Positions 29,072 to 38,200 of a DNA stretch of 64,000 nt are shown here, one piece after another. A model generated the notes under the pieces. It was not told the DNA's origin, made no database searches, and saw only the letters and a list, made by a program, of their open reading frames with translations. Position 1 is the stretch's first letter, and each line of letters starts with the position of its first letter. A program made the position numbers and the translations under genes. The DNA comes from an uncultured delta proteobacterium (GTDB taxonomy: Bacteria; Myxococcota_A; Polyangia; Polyangiales; Houyiibacteriaceae), in assembly GCA_963699755.1 (NCBI GenBank), contig CAVOVB010000007.1, positions 224,001 to 288,000 on the forward strand, given 5' to 3'.

Positions 29072-30340
29072 ATGTCGAAGCTCTGCACCGCTGATCAAGC
29101 GGTCAACCACATCAATTCCAATCAGCGCGTGTTCGTTCACGGCGGCGCGGCAACCCCTACGGCCCTGGTGGACGCGCTCGTCCGAGATGCGAGCCGCCTG
29201 CACGACGTCGAGCTGATCCACCTTCACACCTCCGGCGAGGCCGCCTATGCCAGGCCGGAATACGCCCGTTCGTTTCGCGTGGCGAACCTGTTCGTCGGGC
29301 CAAACATGCGTGGCCAACTCGATGGCGACCGGGTCGACTACTTGCCCTGTTTCCTCTCGGAGATCCCACAGTTGTTCCGATCGGGGCGCCGGGCGATCGA
29401 CGTGGCCCTGGTTCAGGTCTCGCCCCCCGATAAGCGCGGGTACTGCAGCCTCGGTGTTTCGGTGGACGTGGCCAGAGCTGCGGTCGACTCTGCCAAGATT
29501 GTGATCGCCCAGGTCAATCGTCACATGCCACGTGTCCATGGTGACGGCTTCGTCCACATCGACCAACTCGATTGGCTGGTCGAGCACGACGAGCCCCTCC
29601 CCGAGGTCCCGGCCGCGACGCCAAGCGACGAAGAACAGGCGATCGGTCATCATGCGGCGGCGCTCGTCGAAGATGGTGCCACTCTGCAGATGGGGATCGG
29701 AGCGGTGCCGGACGCTGTCCTCGCCTCACTCAAAGGTCATCGCCATCTGGGAGTACACACCGAAATGTGGTCCGACGGTTTGCTTCCCCTGCTCGAATGC
29801 GGTGCGGTTGACAACAGCCGGAAAGTCATCCACCCAGGGCGCACTGTGTCGGGTTTCATCGTCGGAACGCAGCGTGTATATGATTACATCGACGACAATC
29901 CTAGCATCACTCAGTACGACATCGGCTACGTCAACCGGGTCTCGGTCATCAACCAGAACCCCAAGGTGACCGCGATCAACTCCGCGGTCGAAGTCGACCT
30001 GACGGGGCAGGTCTGTGCCGACTCGATCGGCCATCGCGTCATCTCGGGAGTCGGCGGCCAGATGGACTTCATTCGCGGCGCGATGACCTCGGAACGGGGC
30101 AAGCCCATCATCGCCCTGACGAGCCGCACTCGAAACGGTGCCCCTCGGATCGTGCCGACCCTGCGGCCGGGCGCCGGAGTGGTCACCACACGGGCACACG
30201 TTCGGTTCGTCATTACGGAGAACGGCTCCGTCGACCTGTACGGTAAGACGCTCAACGAGCGGGCCCAGTTGCTCGTTTCGATCGCCCACCCAGGCGACCA
30301 AGAGGCCCTAGAGCGCGCCTGGCGCGAGACCCGGGCATGA
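29072..30340 (+). CDS. Acetyl-CoA hydrolase/CoA-transferase (4-hydroxybutyrate CoA-transferase-like)
   Basis: DGATLQMGIG, LGVHTEM, SGVGGQMDF, GAGVVTTR. Confidence 0.92.
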   Translation: MSKLCTADQAVNHINSNQRVFVHGGAATPTALVDALVRDASRLHDVELIHLHTSGEAAYARPEYARSFRVANLFVGPNMRGQLDGDRVDYLPCFLSEIPQLFRSGRRAIDVALVQVSPPDKRGYCSLGVSVDVARAAVDSAKIVIAQVNRHMPRVHGDGFVHIDQLDWLVEHDEPLPEVPAATPSDEEQAIGHHAAALVEDGATLQMGIGAVPDAVLASLKGHRHLGVHTEMWSDGLLPLLECGAVDNSRKVIHPGRTVSGFIVGTQRVYDYIDDNPSITQYDIGYVNRVSVINQNPKVTAINSAVEVDLTGQVCADSIGHRVISGVGGQMDFIRGAMTSERGKPIIALTSRTRNGAPRIVPTLRPGAGVVTTRAHVRFVITENGSVDLYGKTLNERAQLLVSIAHPGDQEALERAWRETRA

Positions 30341-30346
30341 GGCCCC

Positions 30347-30391
30347 GCGCAGCGGTTGCGCTTGCCGACGGCGCACATGCAGATGTTGCGC
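30347..30391. promoter_or_regulatory. Tandem regulator boxes GCGCA-GCGGT-TGCGC and ATGCA-GATGT-TGCGC
   Basis: Two boxes 30 bp apart upstream of the glycogen operon. Confidence 0.75.
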
Positions 30392-30451
30392 CGACCTAGT
30401 GAAGATGTTGATCAATTGTGATGGAAAAGCAGGCCTTGGCACGCAAGGCTT

Positions 30452-30467
30452 TGGCACGGCTCCTGCT
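30452..30467 (+). promoter_or_regulatory. Putative sigma54 promoter for the glycogen operon
   Basis: TGGCACG-GCTC-CTGCT. Confidence 0.7.
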
Positions 30468-30517
30468 TGGGACGTGCTTTCGACCCGGTGCGGATTTGGG
30501 TCTAAGGGGAGATTACG

Positions 30518-32512
30518 GTGATTCTGCCAAGTTGGTTCCCATCTCGCTCCGACAGCGCGTCGGGGTTGCGCCTTCTGAGCAAGGCGCCTGAAAGTGTAGA
30601 CGAGAGCAGTGCTGCGGCCACTGCGATCAGTCCGGCTGCCGAGTGGCTGAGCGTCAACACCGTCGGTTCGTTTGCGATCGGCACGATCGATCGCTGCCCA
30701 CGCCGCAAGTACCACGGGCTTCTCACGGTTCGGGAGCCTGGGGTTGGCGGGCCGCTGAACATGGTCGCCGAGGTGGAGGAGTGGCTCACGATCGGTGAGC
30801 AGAGATTCGCACTGCACAGCTACAATTGGGGCAATTCGGTCGAGCCGAACGGGGTCGACTATCTGAGCCGCTTCGAGCCGCTGCCGCGCTGGACCTACCA
30901 GCTCGGCGATCTCACGATGACGCGTGAGCTCTGGCTCGAGGACGACGCCGACGCGGTCTGGATCCGATACACGATCGAGGGGCTGACCGGTCCCGCAGAC
31001 CTCAGGCTTCGTCCTCTGATCCGCTGCCGTCCACTACACCAGCTGACCTTTGCCAACCCGTTCCTGAACGGGGAGCTCGAGATCGAGGAGGGCAGGTCGC
31101 TTCGCGTGGTCATGCAACCCTACAAGAACGTGCCGGCTCTCATCATGAGTCTGCATGGTGCCCCTGGTACATTTCGCCCCGACGGCCACTGGTACGAAGG
31201 CGTGCACTACGAGTGGGAACGCGAGCGTGGCTACCCCGATGCGGAAGACCTCTTCACGCCGGGTGAATTTTGCCTGAATATCGAGGAAGATGGGGCATTT
31301 TGCATTCGGCTCGGAACCACCGCCGCCGCCAGCCACGAGCCGCAGGTGCTCAGCTCGGTGCTCGGTTCACGGCGCTCTTTCGTGCAGGAGCTCGATGACG
31401 CGGCCGACGCGTACCTGGTCGAGCTCAGGGGCAATCGCAAAGGCATCATCGCCGGCTATCCCTGGTTCGGCGAATGGAGTCGAGATTCCTTGATCGCCCT
31501 GCCCGGCCTCTGCCTGGCCCGGAACAAGGTCGACGAGGCGCTGGCGATACTCGAATCGCTCGCTGATCGCCTCGAAAACGGTCTGGTGCCCAACATTCCC
31601 CAAAGCGGTGATGTCCCTTCGAACTCGGAATCGATCGATGCTTCGCTTCTCTTCATCCGAGCCACGGCCCTCACCGCAAAGCGAACGCGCAGCCGCCGAA
31701 TCAGAGCACTCCAGGAGGCCTGCCTCGACCTGATCGACCGAATCGGGGAACGTGCAGACCCGCGGGTCCACGTCGACCCACAGGGCTTTCTCTTCGTCGA
31801 TCACGGGCCCTGGGCGCTCACCTGGATGGATGCGCTCGTGGATGGTTGGCCGGTGACCCCGCGTCAAGGCTACGCGGTCGACCTCAATGCCCTCTGGTTG
31901 TCGGGCCTGACCACCGCGCTTCGATGGGCCAAGAAACTGCGCCCGGACTTCGTGGCAAAGTGGAACGAAACCGCGAAGAAACTATCCGATCATTTCGAGG
32001 AAAAGTTTTGGCTTCAAGATCAGGGCTTCTTGACCGACACGCACGACGGACACCACCCTGACCGACAGCTACGACCCAATCAACTTTGGGCACTCGTCCT
32101 GCCCGGCGTACCCATCGACATGGCCCGAAAAAGGCAGGCCCTAGCGGTCGTGCGCGACAAGCTACTCACACCGGTTGGCTTGCGAACGCTTTCGCCCGAC
32201 GACCCATGCTATAAGCCGTTTTACCGCGGCGGGCAGGCGGAGCGAGACCGGGCCTACCATCAAGGAACGGTCTGGCCCTGGCTTCTCGGCCTCTACGCCG
32301 ATGCGGTCGAGGCCATCGAAGGCCCTGAGGCTGCCACTGAGGAAATGATGCCCGTCCTGGCCTCACTTTGTGCTCATCTGAGGACGGAAGGCTGCATCGG
32401 ACAAATCGGCGAGGTCTTCGATGGAGACGCGCCCCACCGACCCGGAGGCACACCGGCACAAGCCTGGAGCGTCTCAGAGGTGCTCCGGGTCGCGAAGATG
32501 GCGAGCCCATGA
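30518..32512 (+). CDS. Glycogen debranching enzyme (amylo-alpha-1,6-glucosidase family)
   Basis: RKYHGLL, IAGYPWF.EWSRD, LTWMDA, LRPNQ, YHQGTVWPW, QAWSVSE. Confidence 0.93.
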   Translation: MILPSWFPSRSDSASGLRLLSKAPESVDESSAAATAISPAAEWLSVNTVGSFAIGTIDRCPRRKYHGLLTVREPGVGGPLNMVAEVEEWLTIGEQRFALHSYNWGNSVEPNGVDYLSRFEPLPRWTYQLGDLTMTRELWLEDDADAVWIRYTIEGLTGPADLRLRPLIRCRPLHQLTFANPFLNGELEIEEGRSLRVVMQPYKNVPALIMSLHGAPGTFRPDGHWYEGVHYEWERERGYPDAEDLFTPGEFCLNIEEDGAFCIRLGTTAAASHEPQVLSSVLGSRRSFVQELDDAADAYLVELRGNRKGIIAGYPWFGEWSRDSLIALPGLCLARNKVDEALAILESLADRLENGLVPNIPQSGDVPSNSESIDASLLFIRATALTAKRTRSRRIRALQEACLDLIDRIGERADPRVHVDPQGFLFVDHGPWALTWMDALVDGWPVTPRQGYAVDLNALWLSGLTTALRWAKKLRPDFVAKWNETAKKLSDHFEEKFWLQDQGFLTDTHDGHHPDRQLRPNQLWALVLPGVPIDMARKRQALAVVRDKLLTPVGLRTLSPDDPCYKPFYRGGQAERDRAYHQGTVWPWLLGLYADAVEAIEGPEAATEEMMPVLASLCAHLRTEGCIGQIGEVFDGDAPHRPGGTPAQAWSVSEVLRVAKMASP

Positions 32513-34005
32513 AGATCTTGATGCTCGGCTGGGAGTATCCTCCCCACATTAGCGGCGGGCTCGGGACGGCTTGCGAAGGACTGACGACTGCGCTCGCGAG
32601 CCGGGGCATCGACATCGACTTCCTCGTCCCGAAGCTGTTCGGTGAAGAGGACGCTCCACACATGCAGCTCTTGGGCGCGGCGTCAGCGGAATCAACGCCT
32701 CTGGCCCCGACTCAGGCCCCCGTCCACGGACCAGTCGACTTGCCCCAACGGCTCAGACAGTTGTTGGCTGCGCAGCCCTCGCTTGCGACCGACCCGATAT
32801 TCATCGCCGCCGCGGCGGCCGCACAGGCGCAGGCCGCGCCAAGGGGTCGGGGCGGGGTGGAGATGATCCGCGTGCCGGCGATGCTGAAACCGTATCTGGA
32901 CGAGAAAACCTACCGGGACCTCATCAGGACGGGCGCCCTAGACGAAAGCGCCATTCCGGAGATCCTGGCGTCGAGAATCGGGCATCCCTTGCCGGGTCCG
33001 CCCAGCGGGTCCAGGCAGCTCGCACACGGTCACATTCCCGGAGACGACGTTTCGTATGCCGAAGCGAACGCGTCCGGAGCGCACTACGGGGACGATCTGT
33101 TTTCGGAGGTGGCCCGATACGCCATGGCGGCAACGCGGCGCGTCGAGGGGCGGAAGTACGACCTGGTGCATGCGCACGACTGGATGACCTTTCCAGCCGG
33201 GGTCGAAATCGCGCGCCGGGCGGGAGCGCCGCTCTTCGTTCACGTGCACAGCCTCGAATACGACCGGGCAGGTCACGGGGCCAATCAAAACATCGTGTCG
33301 GTCGAGCGTCTTGGCCTTGAAGCGGCCACGCGCGTCATCGCGGTCAGCTACTACACGCGTGGCTTGATCAACCGCGTCCACGGCACGCCTCTGGACAAGA
33401 TTTCGGTGGTGCACAACGGCGTCTACACACGCGAAACAGTCGAAGCCTATGCGGAGCAACGGAGCTCCAAGGGGCCGGTCGTTCTCTTCCTGGGCCGGGT
33501 GACCTTCCAGAAGGGGCCGGAGTACTTCGTCCAGGCCGCAGCGAAGGTTCTCGAGCACGTTCCCGACGCAGTTTTCGTCATGGCGGGCTCCGGCGACATG
33601 CTTCCCCGGATGAGGGAGATGGTGGATGACCTGGGCATCACCGAATCGTTCCGTTTCCCAGGTTTCGTCCGTGGCGCGGAGCTGGAGCGCACGTTTTCGA
33701 CTGCCGACGTGTATGTCATGCCGTCGGTCTCGGAGCCTTTTGGCATCGCGCCGTTGGAAGCGATGAGCTACGACCGACCTGTCATCGTGTCGAAGCAGTC
33801 CGGCGTGTCCGAGGTGCTTCGCCACGCGCTCAAAGTCGACTTCTGGGATGTCGACAAGATGGCGAGCCAAATCGTAGGGCTCTTGGAGCACCCTGAGCTG
33901 AGGCGGACCATCATCGAGCGTGCACGCGAAGAGATCCGGCACATCCACTGGGATGCAGCCGCCGAGACGCTCATTCCAATCTACGAATCCGTCCTACACG
34001 GATGA
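32509..34005 (+). CDS. GT4-family glycosyltransferase (glycogen-synthase-like)
   Basis: MLGWEYPPHISGGLG, HAHDWMT, GRVTFQKG, SEPFGIAPLEA. Confidence 0.92.
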   Translation: MKILMLGWEYPPHISGGLGTACEGLTTALASRGIDIDFLVPKLFGEEDAPHMQLLGAASAESTPLAPTQAPVHGPVDLPQRLRQLLAAQPSLATDPIFIAAAAAAQAQAAPRGRGGVEMIRVPAMLKPYLDEKTYRDLIRTGALDESAIPEILASRIGHPLPGPPSGSRQLAHGHIPGDDVSYAEANASGAHYGDDLFSEVARYAMAATRRVEGRKYDLVHAHDWMTFPAGVEIARRAGAPLFVHVHSLEYDRAGHGANQNIVSVERLGLEAATRVIAVSYYTRGLINRVHGTPLDKISVVHNGVYTRETVEAYAEQRSSKGPVVLFLGRVTFQKGPEYFVQAAAKVLEHVPDAVFVMAGSGDMLPRMREMVDDLGITESFRFPGFVRGAELERTFSTADVYVMPSVSEPFGIAPLEAMSYDRPVIVSKQSGVSEVLRHALKVDFWDVDKMASQIVGLLEHPELRRTIIERAREEIRHIHWDAAAETLIPIYESVLHG

Positions 34006-34013
34006 GGTGAACG

Positions 34014-35216
34014 ATGCCGTCGGTCTGTTTCTATTTTGAAGTGCACCAACCGTATCGCGTGAAGCCTTACGGTGCGCTTCAAGTCGGTCGCGACCACGAG
34101 TACTTCGATGAGAAGCTCAACGCCGATGTTCTGCGTAAGGTGGCCAACAAGTGCTACCTGCCGGCGAACGAGTCGATGCTCCGTCTCATCGAAAAAACGG
34201 ACGGCCGCTTTTGCGTTTCATATGCAGTGACGGGCGTGGCGATCGAGCAGATGAAGCTCTACGCGCCGGAGGTCCTCGACAGCTTCCTGCGACTCGCCAA
34301 GACCGGCGCGGTCGAGTTCATTGGGGAAACCTACTATCACAGCCTGGCTGCCCTCTATGACAAAGAGGAATACCGCGAGCAGATCGACATGGAGCTGAAG
34401 CTCATCAAGTCGGAGTTCGGGCAAGTGCCGCGCGTCTTCCGAAATACCGAGCTCATCTACAACGACGAAATTGGACGGTTCATAGCCGATCAGGGCTTCG
34501 ACGCAATGATCATCGAGGGCGCGGACGACGTTCTCGATTGGCGGAGCCCGAACTTCGTCTACCGAGTGGCCGGCCGGGACATGAAGCTGCTCACGAAGAA
34601 CTACAAGCTCTCGGACGACATCGCTTACCGTTTCTCGAACGAGACCTGGCCCGGTTACCCGTTGACGGCGGAGAAATTTGCCGGATGGGTCCACGATCAC
34701 AGTGGGGTGGGCGACGTGGTCAATCTATTCATGGACTATGAAACCTTCGGCGAGCATCAGTGGAAGGAAACCGGAATCTTCGATTTCCTCGAACAGCTTC
34801 CGGACCTCCTCTTCACGCATCCCCAATGGGACATCCTCACGCCGAGCCAGGTGATCGACCGTTATCCGGCGCTCGGAGAGCTCGCGTTTCACCGAACGGT
34901 TTCCTGGGCCGATGAGGCGCGCGACACCAGCGCCTGGCAGGGCAACGCCATGCAGCAGCGAGCGCTCGCCGAGATCTATTCCCTGGGCAGTGCCATCCGG
35001 AAGCGCAATAATTCTCACTTACTCGCGCTTTGGCGGCGCCTGCAAACTTCGGACCATTTCTACTACATGGCGACGAAAACAGCGTCTGATGCTCAGGTGC
35101 ACGACTACTTTAGTCCTTACGAGGGGCCCTACGATGCCTTCATCCACTATATGAATGTGTTGAAGGACTTGAACCTCTCGGTGCTAGTGCCTGCGGAGAA
35201 GCAGATTCGACTATGA
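34014..35216 (+). CDS. GH57 alpha-amylase family protein
   Basis: FEVHQP, ETYYHSL, RNTE, MDYETFGEHQW, QTSDHFYYM. Confidence 0.94.
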   Translation: MPSVCFYFEVHQPYRVKPYGALQVGRDHEYFDEKLNADVLRKVANKCYLPANESMLRLIEKTDGRFCVSYAVTGVAIEQMKLYAPEVLDSFLRLAKTGAVEFIGETYYHSLAALYDKEEYREQIDMELKLIKSEFGQVPRVFRNTELIYNDEIGRFIADQGFDAMIIEGADDVLDWRSPNFVYRVAGRDMKLLTKNYKLSDDIAYRFSNETWPGYPLTAEKFAGWVHDHSGVGDVVNLFMDYETFGEHQWKETGIFDFLEQLPDLLFTHPQWDILTPSQVIDRYPALGELAFHRTVSWADEARDTSAWQGNAMQQRALAEIYSLGSAIRKRNNSHLLALWRRLQTSDHFYYMATKTASDAQVHDYFSPYEGPYDAFIHYMNVLKDLNLSVLVPAEKQIRL

Positions 35217-38200
35217 GCAACGCTGTTTTTTTCGAGATCTCCTGGGAGGTCTGCAACATGGTTGGTGGCATCCACACCGTGCTGGCAAGCCGCGTCCGGG
35301 AGGTGCATGAACGCCACGGCGAAGATGGATACATCACGATCGGACCGGACGTCCCACGGAGCGAAGGCGTTGCGCCTGAGTTTCGACCCGACATCTGGGA
35401 TCGGAAGCTTGCAGAGTCGCTACAAGACCACGAGGTAGGCGTGGATATGGGGCGCTGGTTGGTACCTGGTGAACCGCGTTGTCTGCTGATCAACCAGTCG
35501 CGCCTGTACCAGCGCAAGGACGAGATCCTCGGTCGCTACTGGGAGCAATATGGGCTCGACTCCCTGTTTGGAGCCTGGGACTACTACGATCCGGTTTTGT
35601 TTGCCCATGGCGCGGGCATGGTCATCGAGCACATCCGCGACCGCTTCCTGCTTCCCGCGCGACACACGGCGATCGTGCAGGCGCACGAGTGGATGTCGGC
35701 GGGCGCGATTCTACACCTGCAAAGCGCTGCGCCCGAAATTGGAACGGTATTCACGACTCACGCCACGGTGCTCGGCCGCTCGCTCGCCGGGCAGCGCGCC
35801 GATCCGAACTTCTACCAGTCGCTGCCGAACATCGACCCCGAGGTCGCAGCCAAGGAGCTGAACGTTTCGTCGAAGCACTCGATGGAATCGGTGGCAGCGC
35901 ATGAAGCGGATGTCTTCACCACGGTCAGCGAGATCACTTCCCTGGAGTGCGAGCATCTGTTAGGCCGAAAGCCCGATGTCATCCTGCCGAACGGCTTCGG
36001 CGCCAGGCCGGTCGAGCCCGAGCAGCGCGGCCGGGCTCGCGAGGAGCTCTTCCAGCTCGCCGAGCTCACCACCGGCGACCATTATAATCGCGAAAATACT
36101 CTTATTTTCGTCCTCGCGGGACGCTACGAGTACACCAACAAGGGCGTGGATGTGTACCTCAACGCGACGACCGGGCTCGCCGAAGAGCTCAGGTCGCGGG
36201 ACGGCAAGCGCATTCTCGTCTACGCGATGCTCCCGGCCGGCCACGCCGAGCCCAAGCGTCAGCTCTGGGATCGAGCCCATGGCGCTTCGGCTGGCGCTCC
36301 GCTGCGGTGCACGCACGATCTGGTCGACGAGCCCAACGACCCGATCACCAATCAGCTCAACGCGCTCCGTTGCGACAATGCGCCGGGAGCGCCAGTGCAC
36401 GTGGTGCATGTGCCTATCTATCTCGACGGCACTGACCCGTTCATCCGTCAGAAGTACTGGGACCTGCTTCCGGGCGCCGATCTCGGCGTCTTCCCCTCGT
36501 TCTACGAGCCATGGGGATACACGCCGCTCGAAGCCGTCGCGTTTGGTGTTCCAGCGGTCACGACCGACCGTGCTGGCTTCGGCCGCTGGGTCGCGGCGCA
36601 GGGCGATCGACAACGTACGGGTGTCCGCGTTCTCACGCGCGAAGGTGTGCCCACCCCAGAAGTCACTGAGTCACTGAAGAAGGCGCTGCTCGAGTTCATC
36701 GATCTGCCAGCAAAGGACCGCGCAGCTCTCCGCGAGGTCTCTTTGAGAACCGCCGCACTGACCGACTGGTCCAACTTCATGGAGCACTACGAGGATGCGC
36801 ACACCCGCGCCCTCGCAGCTGGAGCTGCCCGCCGCAAAGAGCTGCCGATGGATCGCTTGAGCGTGACGTCGATGCCCGCCGTGTCCTCCGATTCCTCCGG
36901 GGTTTTCGGCCTCTTCGTGAAGCCTCCCGTCGAGGAGGGAGAAGAGGCGGCGCCTTACAAGCGAACCTTTCTCGTGGCGAACGCGCTTCCGCCCGAGCTG
37001 CTACCTCTGAAGGCAATCGCCGCCAACCTCTGGTGGCGTTGGCACCCCGAGGTTGCTGCGCTCTTCAAGCGAATCGATCCCGTCCTCTGGTTCCAAGTCG
37101 AGGAGAACCCACACGCGCTCCTCGACCAGGTGACGCCCAGCCGGCTCATGGCCTTGGCCGACGACCCCGGCTACGTTGCCGACGTTGGGCGATTTCATCA
37201 AGAAATGGTCGAGTCGACCCAAACACAGGACCCACGCATCGCCTACTTCTGCATGGAGTTTGGCCTCGCCGGTTTTTTGAAGCTGTACTCTGGTGGCCTT
37301 GGAATTCTAGCTGGGGATCATCTCAAGGCCGCAAGCGACATGAACCTCCCCCTTTGCGCGGTCGGCCTTGCCTACCACGACGGGTACTTCCACCAGATCA
37401 TCGACCGTGACGGCCACCAGGAGCACCTAGGCGACACGAACAACTTCGAGAACGCCCCGTTCGAGCCAGTCATGGTAGGACGGTACTCGCCGCTGCGCGT
37501 CACGGTGCCGCTGCCAACCGGCCCGGTGCAAGTTCGGGCGTGGCAACTCAAGGTCGGGCGTGTGCCACTGTACCTGCTCGACACCAACCTGCCGGAGAAC
37601 CGACCAGAGGACCGAGCGATCACCAATCGCCTGTACGGCGGGGACACCGTGCACCGACTCCGGCAGGAAATAATCCTGGGCCTCGGGGGCTATCAACTGC
37701 TCACCGAGCTCGACATCGAACCGGACGTTTTTCACATGAACGAAGGCCACAGCGCCTTCCTGCTCCTCGCGCGCGCAGCCCACCTGATCAAGAGACACGG
37801 GCTCCGGTCCCAGGAGGCGTTCGAGTACATCCGCAACACGACCGTTTTCACCACGCATACGCCGGTGCCGGCCGGACATGACCACTTCCCCGAAGAGATG
37901 GTCCGCCCGTACTTGACGCGCTTCGAGCACGTGCTCCGCATGGATTGGCCCCGATTGATGGCGATGGGCAATACGCCGGATGACGCAGACAACAAGTTCG
38001 GAACGACCGCGCTAGCCGTGCGAAACGCGGGGCGCATCAACGGCGTCAGCGCCAAGCACGGCGAAGTCGCGCGGGACATGTTCCTCCAATTCTTCCCGGA
38101 GTTCGACGACCCCGATGACGTGCCGTGCGCGAGCATCACCAACGGCGTGCACGTTTCGACTTGGCTCGCGCCTCGCTGGCAGCGGCTGATGGAACGGCAA

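Noticed and set aside
30408..30415. TTGATCAA resembling an FNR site
   Set aside because: Lacks the TTGAT-N4-ATCAA spacing
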